Positions 53,576 through 64,000 of a stretch of 64,000 nt of DNA are shown one piece after another. Below the pieces are notes generated by a model. The model was given only the letters and a program-made list of their open reading frames with translations. It was not told the origin of the DNA and did no database searches. Within the stretch, counting starts at the first letter, position 1. Every line of letters starts with the position of its first letter. Made by a program: the position numbers and the translations under genes. This DNA is from Antedon mediterranea (Eukaryota; Animalia; Echinodermata), in assembly GCF_964355755.1 (NCBI RefSeq), contig NC_092678.1, forward strand, positions 3,674,422 to 3,738,421, read 5' to 3'.

Positions 53576-56500
53576 CCAAACTCCCAAGATGTGTTTTCTT
53601 CTTGTAATGTGCAGGAAAATTTGTTAATGTCCTAATGCTTCATAAATAATAATGTTATTACATCCAGTGTCATACTATTGAATAAACACTTGATCTGATA
53701 TCCTTTTAAAGTAAAGTATTTCTTCAAGTGGAAAATCCTTATTAAGAGCAATATTATTTAATGCTATACTAAAGGAAGCAATAAAAACAATTTTGTTCAA
53801 TTAGTTCAGGGTTAGTTAATACTATTAATATTTGTATATCAATGTATAAACAACACTTGGTGCCTAAAAGAAAGAAGTTAGCGTTACACTCGAGTAACAA
53901 TCACATTTAGTGGATTTTAAAATCTAACCTGACCTTGCTGTGTAACAAGCAATTTATTAATAGAACATGTGAAAGTGTCATTTATAGTTATTTCTTGATT
54001 ATACCCCTCTACTTAAATCGCATTTTATATTCTTGCGGTTATTCTATTTACGTTATGCGGACTTCCTATCCCAAAGGAAGATGAACTACTCCGCAAATCA
54101 TCCTGGCAAAGTTTCACTTACATTTAATTGCTACGTGAGGCGACATGGTTCTCATAATTGCCTTCCTTCTTTCGATATATGTTTGTAGTAGATAATTTTT
54201 TTTTCAACTTATTTTTATAAACATACCTATTCTTACCCATAAATAAAAAACCCATGCAAAGGTGAAATTGGTTTTAAGATTGAGAAAATGTTTGATTCAT
54301 GAATGTAACAAACATTACAATGGACCGAGTGAAATAATAATTGAAATCTTAGGAGGCGTAGCTTGAGATGAATGGGACATGTTTTAAGAAGTTATGAACC
54401 AGTAAAAAAAGCTAGAAGTTGGAGATAGAAGAGTAAGAGGACAGTCGAAGGAATGGAAAGACATGGCAAACAAATAAAGTTTGGTTTTCTGGACAGTTAG
54501 TTTTGGGAGATTTCACTGTATATTGAACAAGTGGCAGTAACCTCTTAGAAAAATTGAGTTCAATAAAATTTCAAGATTTTCATATCTTTTAGACAGACAG
54601 GTAATAGTGCGTACATGTAATTAACTGCCCCCTCAATTAGGATATTCAGGAAAGTTGACATTGAATATCTAACCATACAAGGGATGTGATATACTCTATT
54701 TGTTTTCGTTAGGGAAACTATTAACAGCAATTAATAGCTTTTTATAACTTAGATCTATAAAAACATCCGAAATACAATATCCTATTTATATAGGTCATAT
54801 GCAAAAACTACTTTTGGTTATTCTAGTTTGTGTATTATTTCAAGCTACGTGTATAAGCCGAATATAATCTTATAATTTCTAAAATGTACACCTCCTAACC
54901 ACAATGAAATGAACCATCTCGCGCCATCTCGTATTCATTAATGCCATCTTCTCTTTTAAACAGAGAACAGGAAAACGTAGATCTTTCTTAAGATATGTGC
55001 ATCTATATCATAATTAATAACAAGGAAATTGTAATTATTAATAATTCAGTCTGGGTTAAGTACTCAAATTATAGATTATATATAATTAGGTATACTAATT
55101 TTTAATTCAGTGTATATTTCTTTTCTAAAAATTCAAAACATTTTAGAATAAGTTCTTTAACTTTACAATTTAACCTTTTTTGAGCTTCAACACACATCTG
55201 TGGCTCAAACAAGGCTCGAACCTACATAATGAATGAACAACTCAGGGGCTAATTCAGTATTTTTTTAAATGGGGGAGAACAAACATTATACTATTAATAG
55301 TCAAAAATAGCTGTCAAAAGCGGGGGGGGGGGGGGAGAGCGTGCACCCTAGTACTCCCTCTGGATCCAGCAAATTTACTGCTCAGACACTTAACTTGAAT
55401 GTTTGACTGTGATGAAAACAGCTATTCATTCAGTCACACAAAGTACATACAATAATAAAAATACTTAAATTCATGAGGGACTCGTGTTGTGGATTATATC
55501 AATTTTCTATTGAATCAAAACAGGATGGTAGAATTTAATGTTCCTAAACCCAACCGGTACCATGTATTTCAAAACATTCCCTCATGTGTTTTGTAGGGCG
55601 TGAATCACAAAGCTTGCTTAAGCTATTCCATTAGGAGAAATGTCATACGTTAAAAAACTTAGACTGATCTATCGCCTCAGCCTATAAGGATAACCCTTTG
55701 TGGGAGTGCTAGAGTATAGCGGTTAGTACTAAGGAGAATGATGAGGAGGTATGACCACTCTAACCATAAGCTGAATAAAGTTTATATAATATTATTTGTG
55801 GGGGGATGGGAGTGAAGAAGCTTGACAAGCTAATGATATAAGAAAAAAGTTAAAGAAATGTTTTTAAGCTCAATGCTTAAAATTTAATTCGTCTTCATAC
55901 CTATATCCTAAATTGTTTACTCAACAAAGATACCTTAGTTACTGTCTCCAAGATCAAGTCCCATTGGCTTTCCAATACTTTATTTCCAATGGGACAGCCA
56001 ATCAAAAGATTAAGCAAACCCCTGAACTGTAACAAAATAACATTCTTGGTGGAGTTTATATTTGTCAAAGGTATTATTACAATGAACTAACAAACCTATA
56101 ACAACAATTATACTGAATCGATTTCATATTCAAAAGATTCGTATATTGATAGTCAATAGTATACTTTGTGGCATCTTTTATTTAATTTTTGTTTACTATT
56201 TCAGCAAACGCCCTAATGTGTAAATGTTTTTTTTAGTATTACAAAATTGATTGACAGTTCACAAGCTTGAATGATGTTTTGATTTAAATTTCTAAAAATA
56301 AATAATATGGCAGGTAATTTTTTTAAGAATCTTTCTTCATAAGATTTCTAAGATCAATTATGCTACAGTAAAACATTTAAAACTAAAGTCAAAATAAACA
56401 AAAAATTTAATTACACAAACATCAGCAATTAAATTAAAAGAATTATCTATGTTGATCAAAACAATTGGAAAAAAAAGCATGACAAAGAATTTTGGGCAAT

Positions 56501-57354
56501 AAACTCAAGGTCGTGATTGGTCGAGGGATATCATAAAGATTATGATATAATATACACCTTGAGACAGCAATATTACAACTTCCTTTCACTATTCTTTCTA
56601 AGAAGTAAAGTCTAGACAAAGAATCATTGAAAAACTACAAACGCAGGTGGGGTAATAATAGGTGTGGATATATAGTGTGTCAAAGGAAGGAGGAGGCATA
56701 AAAGGCACTAGACACTTGTGTAAAAGGGTTGTTTCAGGGCCGTGAAGCTCTTGCCAAGAGTCTTGGGGTACGGGCTCTGCTGTTGTCAGTAGAAATGAAA
56801 TTATAAACTACTTTTTGATATTTTTGGCAGACAGAAAATCCTGGATCCTCCCCTGGTTACTCAATCAATTCTAATTTGTTACCATATCACAATTCTTCGC
56901 CTTGTTTCCATATAAGTTACTCAGAAATAAATCCACTGGTTAAATTTTGTAATGCATTTTTTAAGATTAGTTCAGCTTCAACCACACTTTATGCAGTACT
57001 GGTTACATAAATCCTATCACTTAATTCAATTCCGTTATTTGAAGAAAATAAAATTTACCTAACCCTTAATCCATCAGGTTCATTAAACAAAATTTGCCCA
57101 TACCTTAAAACTGTTTATTAAAAGGAAAACTAGGAGTGATATGAAATGGTATTGTTAAAAAAACCCGGTCATTCCTCTTTTTTTCCTGTAAAAGTGACAG
57201 AAACTTCAAAACAATATCATACAACTAAGGTCAGCCATTAATCTGTCATTCCTTCACTTCCCATGAATACCCAACACCAGGCATTGACCTGTGAAAATAA
57301 GTTATTTATTACATTGAAGAAATAAACTAATATAGTGCTCTGCTTTTATACTAT

Positions 57355-57560
57355 CAGTATCTACTTTGTCTAAGTACTCTCACTTGCACTGATGAAGGGC
57401 TAGTGTTGCCCGAAAGCTTTGCTAATTTTTCTGGTTGTTTTTCTTTATCGTTTTGACTTAGATTTTTGCTCATTTTATGTTGTATCTCCATTGATATCCA
57501 GCCACTGATACCCACAGCATTGTCATTATTTTTAGTAATTTGCCTTTGGATTTATATATA
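57355..57560 (+). mobile_element. Penelope-like element terminal-repeat fragment
   Basis: Carries a minimal hammerhead motif followed by a T-rich tract. Homologous, inverted, to 24860-25165 and ends in (TA)n. Confidence 0.7.
57385..57423 (+). ncRNA. Minimal type I hammerhead ribozyme motif
   Basis: GCA-CTGATGA-A-GGGC-TAGTGTT-GCCC-GAAA-GCTT-TGC. Intact CUGAUGA and GAAA core, stem II GGGC/GCCC, stem I GCA/TGC, and palindromic AAGCTT in place of stem III. Confidence 0.7.
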
Positions 57561-58458
57561 TATATATATGTATACTACTACTACTACTACTACTAATTTT
57601 TGTAGCAACATTTGTAAATAAGAAAGTGCTCTATGATATAACTGAGCTCCGAATTAATGAGAAAACTATTTGTTTGCATTGTTCATGGTTTTGAACTTAA
57701 GGAATAAAACTATTACAAATTAATTTCTTTTCTAATCTGTCAATTATGGGAGTTTCAGACAAGGCGTACAAACAACAAAGATTTTACCCTAAATGTCAAA
57801 ACTTAAGTTCTGTTGAAATCCCACCTCAAACACACCTAAATTTAATAAAATTAATAAATTATAAAATCTAATTTTTGAAATACTACAAAGAAGTAAACCG
57901 TCTCTCTAGGCTTTTCCAGTTTAGTTTTCTTTTCATCTTGGTAATGTGCCAAAACTTAGCAATTAGAAAATATAGTACTATAAAATACAATAATATAAAT
58001 ATTCCATTTGCTTTTAATTATGTTATTAAAAGTACAAAGGTGGATTGAAATTGAAAACAAACTTAATGTTTAATGTGAAATTCAGCATGGAAAGTATTAT
58101 TTTTAGGAAATTTAATAATGAGAATAATTACTACAAATGGGATAAACCCGTCTATAAAACTTACAGTTTTGAGGCTTTTTGATAATTTCATAACCCTATA
58201 AAGTCATTCTACTCAAACTTTAGTTGACAAATGTAATACTTTTCTTTTTCTTATATTCATCAAAAAAGTTATACATTAAAAAAAAATGTAGGCCTACTAG
58301 AACTATTTAATATTATTTTTAAACAAATCTGTTGCACATTTTTAAATAAACAAAATTAGCCAATAAGAAACAATGTAGTGTAATAATAAGTAAACAACCA
58401 ATAAGGAACAAGTTTCCTTTCCAAAAAGAAAAGTAACTTCTTAAAAAACTTTCGTTAA

Positions 58459-59084
58459 AGACCCCTTCCCTGCAATTTTGGACGTTTTTTGGAAAATTAT
58501 ACATATATATCACTTTAAAAACATTAAACCATGTCATTTCTTGTCTTAAATGTACGTTTTATGGTAAATTATGATAAAAAGTGAGAAACAATGCACTACC
58601 TAAGTAGCTCGCGGCGATCGACCTCTCGTGGACGGTCTTAGGCCTAGCCTAGCTAGGCTTAGTTTTGTAGGCCTAGCTGGTAAACATTGGTAACGTACGA
58701 ACATCGTACGCGAGCTATATACCTAGCCTGACGTTGTATAGTTGCTGCATTAATTGTCTTTCTATTTTTGCCAGACTCCGTTGATACAAATTGGGGAAAA
58801 CCCGGTATTTTCGCTGAAAAGTTAGGAGTCTTCCATTTGTTTTGGCCTCACGATCGATCGAAAAGTGGGCGAATTACAGGTGAAAAACAAAAATATCAAT
58901 CCGCGCGCAATGCATTTTGGGATTTATAGCGGGCCGCTATAATTATTAAAATCGACTTATTTTTCACATTTTTAACCGTTTAAAGACGAAAAAAGTTATC
59001 GCAATAGGACCATGTAGTATTATTTTTACATTAAATATAGTTTATGATCTTAAATTAGATCTAAAAAACGTAGGGAATGGGGCT
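58459..59084. mobile_element. MITE with TTAA TSD and AG...CT termini (Kolobok-like), 626 bp
   Basis: TTAA|AGACCCCTTCCCT at the left end and AGGGAATGGGGCT|TTAA at the right end, an imperfect TIR. The interior is CpG-rich relative to the flanks. Confidence 0.7.
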
Positions 59085-61997
59085 TTAACAGCCAATGAGA
59101 TTATACTATAGTATTCCAATGAACCAATCAGAGAGAGTCCTAATCAATCAAATAAACAATCTTATTTTGACAGATTATTGTAGAAAAAACAAACTACAGT
59201 ATTGTAATAAATAACCATTAAAGAGCCATTTTAAATATAGGAAGTAATTAATTCAGTGATTAAGAAGGATTTGCTGTTTTTGACATGTCTAGCCCTGGAA
59301 TGGCTGGAATGCTAAAACTTGTCAAAGAACAGGCAACTGGGACAGGAAGTGCAATTTCATCCCTGTTCCTTATAAGGAAATATGACAGAGAAGAGTGCAA
59401 CAGGTTATGATGAAGAGAGATGAAAGAATTACTGTAATAAAAAGTTTGGTCTAAAAGCATGCAGTAACAGTAATATTATACAAAGTTATTTTAATTCTCT
59501 TGAAGAGGCAATTCCTTTACTCAACTTGCATTAAAAAAACATACAAATATAAAGAACATGTTTTTTATTACATGGAATATATATGGTATTTCTAGAAATT
59601 TAAACTTTCAATAAAGGAACATTATTTAGTACCTTTATGTGTAGTGTTATTCGTTTCTGGTATCATTTTAAGTTTAATTTTTCAAGTTTTAAATGGGTGT
59701 CAAGCGGGCAATATGTGAAATACCTGCCCAGGTCATGTCCTGGTTACACCCACCCTCCTAAGCCCTTTTATATTCCATAGTACAAAAGAGTGGATGGTAC
59801 ACATTTATAAAGATGATGTCAAGCCCGTCATGGTATTGGAATCAACAATAATGTGTGTCTACTCTATAAACTATTTGTGGAATTTCAAAAGAATTCAAAG
59901 GCTATGCCCAGGGTTTTCACACCTAAAGTAGAGGATTTAAAATTGAGGTAATTCTCAAGAGTTACACAGTGTCTGGAATTTGAGGAATGTTAATGTTATT
60001 CTTAATAAAAGTAAGCCTGACAATTGGTAAAATCACTACAAAAACTATATGGTGTAAAGCTTGGTTAATAATGCAAACTTATTTGCTAACTGCTTTTAAT
60101 TCTCATTAAAGTTGGTATTTTCGTGTGTAAAATGGAAACAAACCGAAGTACAAAAACATGTTGTACAGCATACATTTGAACTGGGCAATAACTGGGACAA
60201 TGTTCACAATGTGGATTATTCCCGAAGGAAAGTTGTTACTAGCAGCCTATGAATGAAGTAACATAAAACGTCATTGCAGTTTAATTTTACATTTATCATC
60301 AACATGAGAGAACTGATCCGTTGGGAGTTGACCAACGTAAGTGTACTGGCTTGTTATGGATGAGGCAATAGCAAATTAAACATGCTAATATTACTAATAA
60401 TAGTATTTTACAAATGAAATTTAATAAATAGGTATTTATTTTAAATATAACTACATAAAAGAGTGGTAAATTAATCATGTACATGAATTCGGTGATGGAA
60501 TAGATGAAATATTACACATATCATATGGAAAGATTACAAAAATGGAAATGAAAAAATAATTATGCTTAGTCTTAATGGTGGAGTTATATCCTCCATGATC
60601 TCATGTACAATAAATCATCAATAACAAATTAAAAGGGAAAACTTAAACTTCTATCTTTTTTTTTTACTAACTGGAGAATTACTTTTTTGTTGAATTGTAT
60701 ATCTTTACTGTGTAAAAAGAAAAATCTACTATCTAGTAATCTATCTAATTAAACAGACTAGAGACAGATTTGTATGCAGTAACAAACAAAATATAAGACA
60801 AACAATCCTTGGGAAAAAGTTATTTCACCGGTTAATACTCATTTTAACAATAAAGTGATTAGAATACAATTTTGTAGGGCTTTCAAATTGTTTAATGGGA
60901 AAAAATAACCAGAAAAGACCTTTTAGGTTCGCGTGCGAAGGAACTGTGGGTGAAATTTGAGTCTGATGAAAAAGGGACATCTTTCTATTGTATTGAAGTG
61001 AACATAATACCAATATTAGCTGCAGGCTTTTTATCAAAGGTTGGCCAACTTTACACAAGTAAACTAAGGAATTCCAATTATTCGCATGCAGGTATATCTG
61101 ACAGCAGCATGTAATGTACTGTAGATAGGTACACAGCATTGACAACTACAAATTATGTACAGTAATAACAAATCTGAAGTTTACATCCACATCAGTCATT
61201 TATCTTTCCATGGTGGTTGTAATGAGTGCAGTATTTGCATAATTATAGTATTATTATTATTAATTTATTTCATGAAAACAGTCACATGTCACAAATATAA
61301 TATCTTGTGGCCTCAAGTCCAATTGCACATATAATCAGTAAACATCTAAAAAACACAGAAAAAGGAGGGGGAACACTGCCACAGTGGAAATAGAGAATTA
61401 AGGAGCTCGATAAAAAAGGGATGGAACTACAAGCAACTCGCCTAGTTTTGATGACGGTAGGATTTTTTAGGTAATTTTGCATTTGTTACAAACACTTTTC
61501 TAAAGCTATACCATTACTACCATGTATTGTATATACAATTTTTCCGCAAATCTATTAAGATGAAAACAAGTAAATTATTCGTTTATGCATGTCTATATTT
61601 AGAAAAAAATTAAAATCAAACATAATTACAAATATTAATCTCTATTATGAAACTATAAAAGTTTATTAAATTCCACTGTGAAATTTACCACAAAACCTCA
61701 ATAAAATAACTAATAATAATTTCATTTTCTAATGGTGGGATTGAATGTCTGATACTATTCAGCCTAAAGCAAATTAACTCGGCTATATCCAGTCGCAATT
61801 GCACCGCAAAAATGTTACAGAATCCAACATGGGACAGGTTGCAACAAAGTATAGACGAAAAAGAGTAGTGAAATTCTCGAATCCTGTTTTCGAAACGGTG
61901 GTTTATTTTAGCCTTCAGGAAGTTCACAAGTTAAAGCAGACAAGTAGATGACTATCATTCAGAAACACCCCCTTCGGAATTTCAGTCACTCTTCTGA

Positions 61998-62062
61998 CGG
62001 AAGTGTGTTTAGGTGACAAGTGGGCGGAGCTTAGTGAAAGGAACTAGCTGAGTGTATAAAAG
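61998..62062 (+). promoter_or_regulatory. TIMP-B core promoter: ETS site, GC box, TATA box
   Basis: CGGAAGT at 61998-62004, GGGCGGAGC at 62022-62030, TATAAAAG at 62055-62062, about 150 nt upstream of the ATG (context ACCATGG). Confidence 0.65.
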
Positions 62063-62213
62063 TAGCCAGCAGTCAATGAAACTTCATCAAACCTGATCGA
62101 TACTACACCGATTGAGGAGAGTTACTACCAATTGTTACTATTGTTTATATTGGTTATATTTCGACAACTTTTTGCAGTTTTTATAATTCTGTTGACTAGT
62201 TACTAGAAGCACC

Positions 62214-62343
62214 ATGGCAAATTCTGGGATCATTTCTTGTCTAGCAGCATTGTTTGTTTTTATGTTGGAATTGCAGGTACTATTTGCCTGTCAGTGTGGA
62301 ATGCCAAAACATCCACAAACAAGTTTCTGTGAATCTGATTATG
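62214..62343 (+). CDS. TIMP: TIMP-B coding exon 1
   Basis: ACCATGG start; ...VLFACQCGMPKHPQTSFCESDY; donor G|gtgagt. Confidence 0.95.
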
Positions 62344-63795
62344 GTGAGTGCAAATTATTTAATTAATTCTTGCTATTAATTTAATAATTTATTTTAAACT
62401 GATTCTAGCTCTAACTTTTTAACTTGGTAACTATGTATCCATAACAAGTGTTTTTCAAATTAATTTTAAGATAATGTTAACTATTTGTTAAAATTGTATG
62501 TTGATGAACTTTTAAAATACTGTACTATTTGTATTGTAAATTGTTATGATATTATCGAAATTTCATCATGGTAATTTTATTAGATAATTTCCATATAGTA
62601 AACGAAATTGTATTTTATTCCAGTAATTAAAGTTAAAATTATCGAGAAGACAAAATTCAAGGATCCTGACTACGTTGAACCAACGGATGATGCCCTCTAC
62701 CCAAGCTTTGACAACATCTGGGGAGGAATGGACGAGTACGTTCCTGAAGCTCACAAAATCAAGTACATAGCCTACGTTGAAAAAGTTTACAAAGGCGAGC
62801 AGTATGCAACAAGAAAAACAAAGATTGAGATTGAGACATCGGCAAGCTCTGGTATCTGCGGCATCACATATTTAAAAGAAGGAGAAAGATATCTTATTGG
62901 AGGTAAGTTTACTTGCTATTTAACTGTTAGAAAATGAATTGGTAATGATACACTATTATATAACTATAAATTTCAATAGTTAAATTCATTTTACCAAAGC
63001 AATACTTAATAGTTTATTATTTTATTCCAGGTGTTCTAGATGACGACACTAAGGAATTTACGATTGCTCTTTGTAATACATGGATTGAGAAATTTGAAGA
63101 TGTGACAAAAAGTCAACGACAAGGAATAAAGAGATTCTACAAGAAGTACTGTACACAGTGTGCTGTAAGTAAACATTCAACAAGTTAAAATAGCAATTGT
63201 CCATTGTTAAATATTGTATTGAAATTCTACAAGTAAAGTACAAATCTATGCAAAAGTTATTTTAATTTTATCTATAAACTGTGTCCCCTTTAGAAGATTC
63301 CAATCACCTGTATAGGATTCTTTTAATTTCCTTTAACTTGCCAAGTTCAGCAATTTAGTTTATTTATAGAAAAAATTTGAACTTTACCAGCCATGAAAAG
63401 AAAAGCATGTAAGAATCCAAATCTGAAAGGAAATTACAATAGGAAAAGGGAATTTCAATGAAATAAAACAAGTACTAATTATCACTTTCTTCATCAAGGA
63501 ACTGTAACTAGTTTCATTTTGCAAATAACTTCATCATCACTAAATTTTTTTATTTTAATTATTTTTACAGATTGAAACTGGTGATATTTTCTTTCCACCT
63601 GGCGTTCCAGCTAAAATGAAGCGTATTTGCGGATACCCACCATTCAACAGGCCAGAAAACGATTGCGAAAAGAATTTTTCAGCATGTGTACGTCAAGTTG
63701 ATGGTAGCTGTGGTTGGATGAAGAATAAAAATTACAAACAGTGTGTGAAGGCACGAAAAGACCAGAAGAAGAAGCAAAGACGAGGCAAGTTTTAA
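62214..63795 (+). CDS. TIMP: TIMP-B, divergent TIMP, join(62214..62343,62624..62902,63031..63164,63571..63795), 255 aa
   Basis: Signal peptide MANSGIISCLAALFVFMLELQVLFA is followed by CQCGMPKHPQTSFCESDYV, VYKG, SGICG and RYLIGG motifs. GT-AG introns with phases 1,1,0 as in TIMP-A. The exon sum is 768 nt, in frame, with 12 Cys in the mature chain. Confidence 0.95.
62624..62902 (+). CDS. TIMP: TIMP-B coding exon 2
   Basis: Acceptor ttttattccag|; (V)IKVKIIEK...EKVYKG...SSGICGITYLKEGERYLIG(G); donor |gtaagt. Confidence 0.95.
63031..63164 (+). CDS. TIMP: TIMP-B coding exon 3
   Basis: Acceptor ttttattccag|; (G)VLDDDTKEFTIALCNTWIEKFEDVTKSQRQGIKRFYKKYCTQCA; donor |gtaagt. Confidence 0.94.
63571..63795 (+). 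CDS. TIMP: TIMP-B coding exon 4
   Basis: Acceptor atttttacag|; IETGDIFFPPGVPAKMKRICGYPPFNRPENDCEKNFSACVRQVDGSCGWMKNKNYKQCVKARKDQKKKQRRGKF*. Confidence 0.94.
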   Translation: METGDIFFPPGVPAKMKRICGYPPFNRPENDCEKNFSACVRQVDGSCGWMKNKNYKQCVKARKDQKKKQRRGKF

Positions 63796-64000
63796 ATAGA
63801 ACAATTTGACCGAAGTTTTTGAGCATTTCTCAGGGTACCAAAATGGCTTGTACCAGCTCACTCTTTCCAGAGTAGCCATTTCCTACCCATTTTTTGCAGC
63901 TGTTGATGAAGAGACAAACCTGTAACAACCAGCCTAGCACAAATATGTGAAAAGGATCTTTCCTTTATTGTTAAAGGAAAGTATAATAGAATCAATATTG

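Larger units (their letters stand above)
4310..64000 (-). other. Large synapsin intron (at least 59.7 kb) hosting two antisense TIMP genes
   Basis: Lies upstream of the 63-nt exon on the minus strand. The preceding synapsin exon (expected to end ...YPNHKEM|gt) was not found in the window by eye. Vertebrate TIMP1/3/4 lie in the equivalent synapsin intron. Confidence 0.8.

Noticed and set aside
60570-60604. Fourth possible mini-palindrome footprint (TGGAGTTATATCCTCCATG)
   Set aside because: The flanking duplication is not convincing.

Overview
AT-rich invertebrate animal genomic DNA, not prokaryotic. An echinoderm is plausible but unproven. Most ORFs in the supplied track are spurious. The window is a synapsin-TIMP nested-gene locus. 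Two synapsin domain-C coding exons lie on the minus strand (4247-4309, LSQPKFPVVVKIGHAHNGMGK; 3945-4087, [17 protein letters not shown]...YKAFM). The rest of the window (4310 to beyond 64000) appears to be the large upstream synapsin intron, the same intron position that hosts TIMP genes in vertebrates. Two complete, strongly diverged 4-exon TIMP genes lie in it on the plus strand: TIMP-A (9588-11939, 230 aa, 14 mature Cys) and TIMP-B (62214-63795, 255 aa). TIMP-B has an acidic loop insertion, lacks one disulfide pair and ends in a basic tail, which recalls tensilin. Between them are a candidate 30-nt in-frame synapsin microexon (31868-31897), two Penelope-type fragments with minimal hammerhead ribozyme motifs, Helentron/DINE-like elements, MITEs, LINE/SINE remnants, tiny P-element-like footprints and tandem repeats. 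All calls were made by eye, with no database searches.
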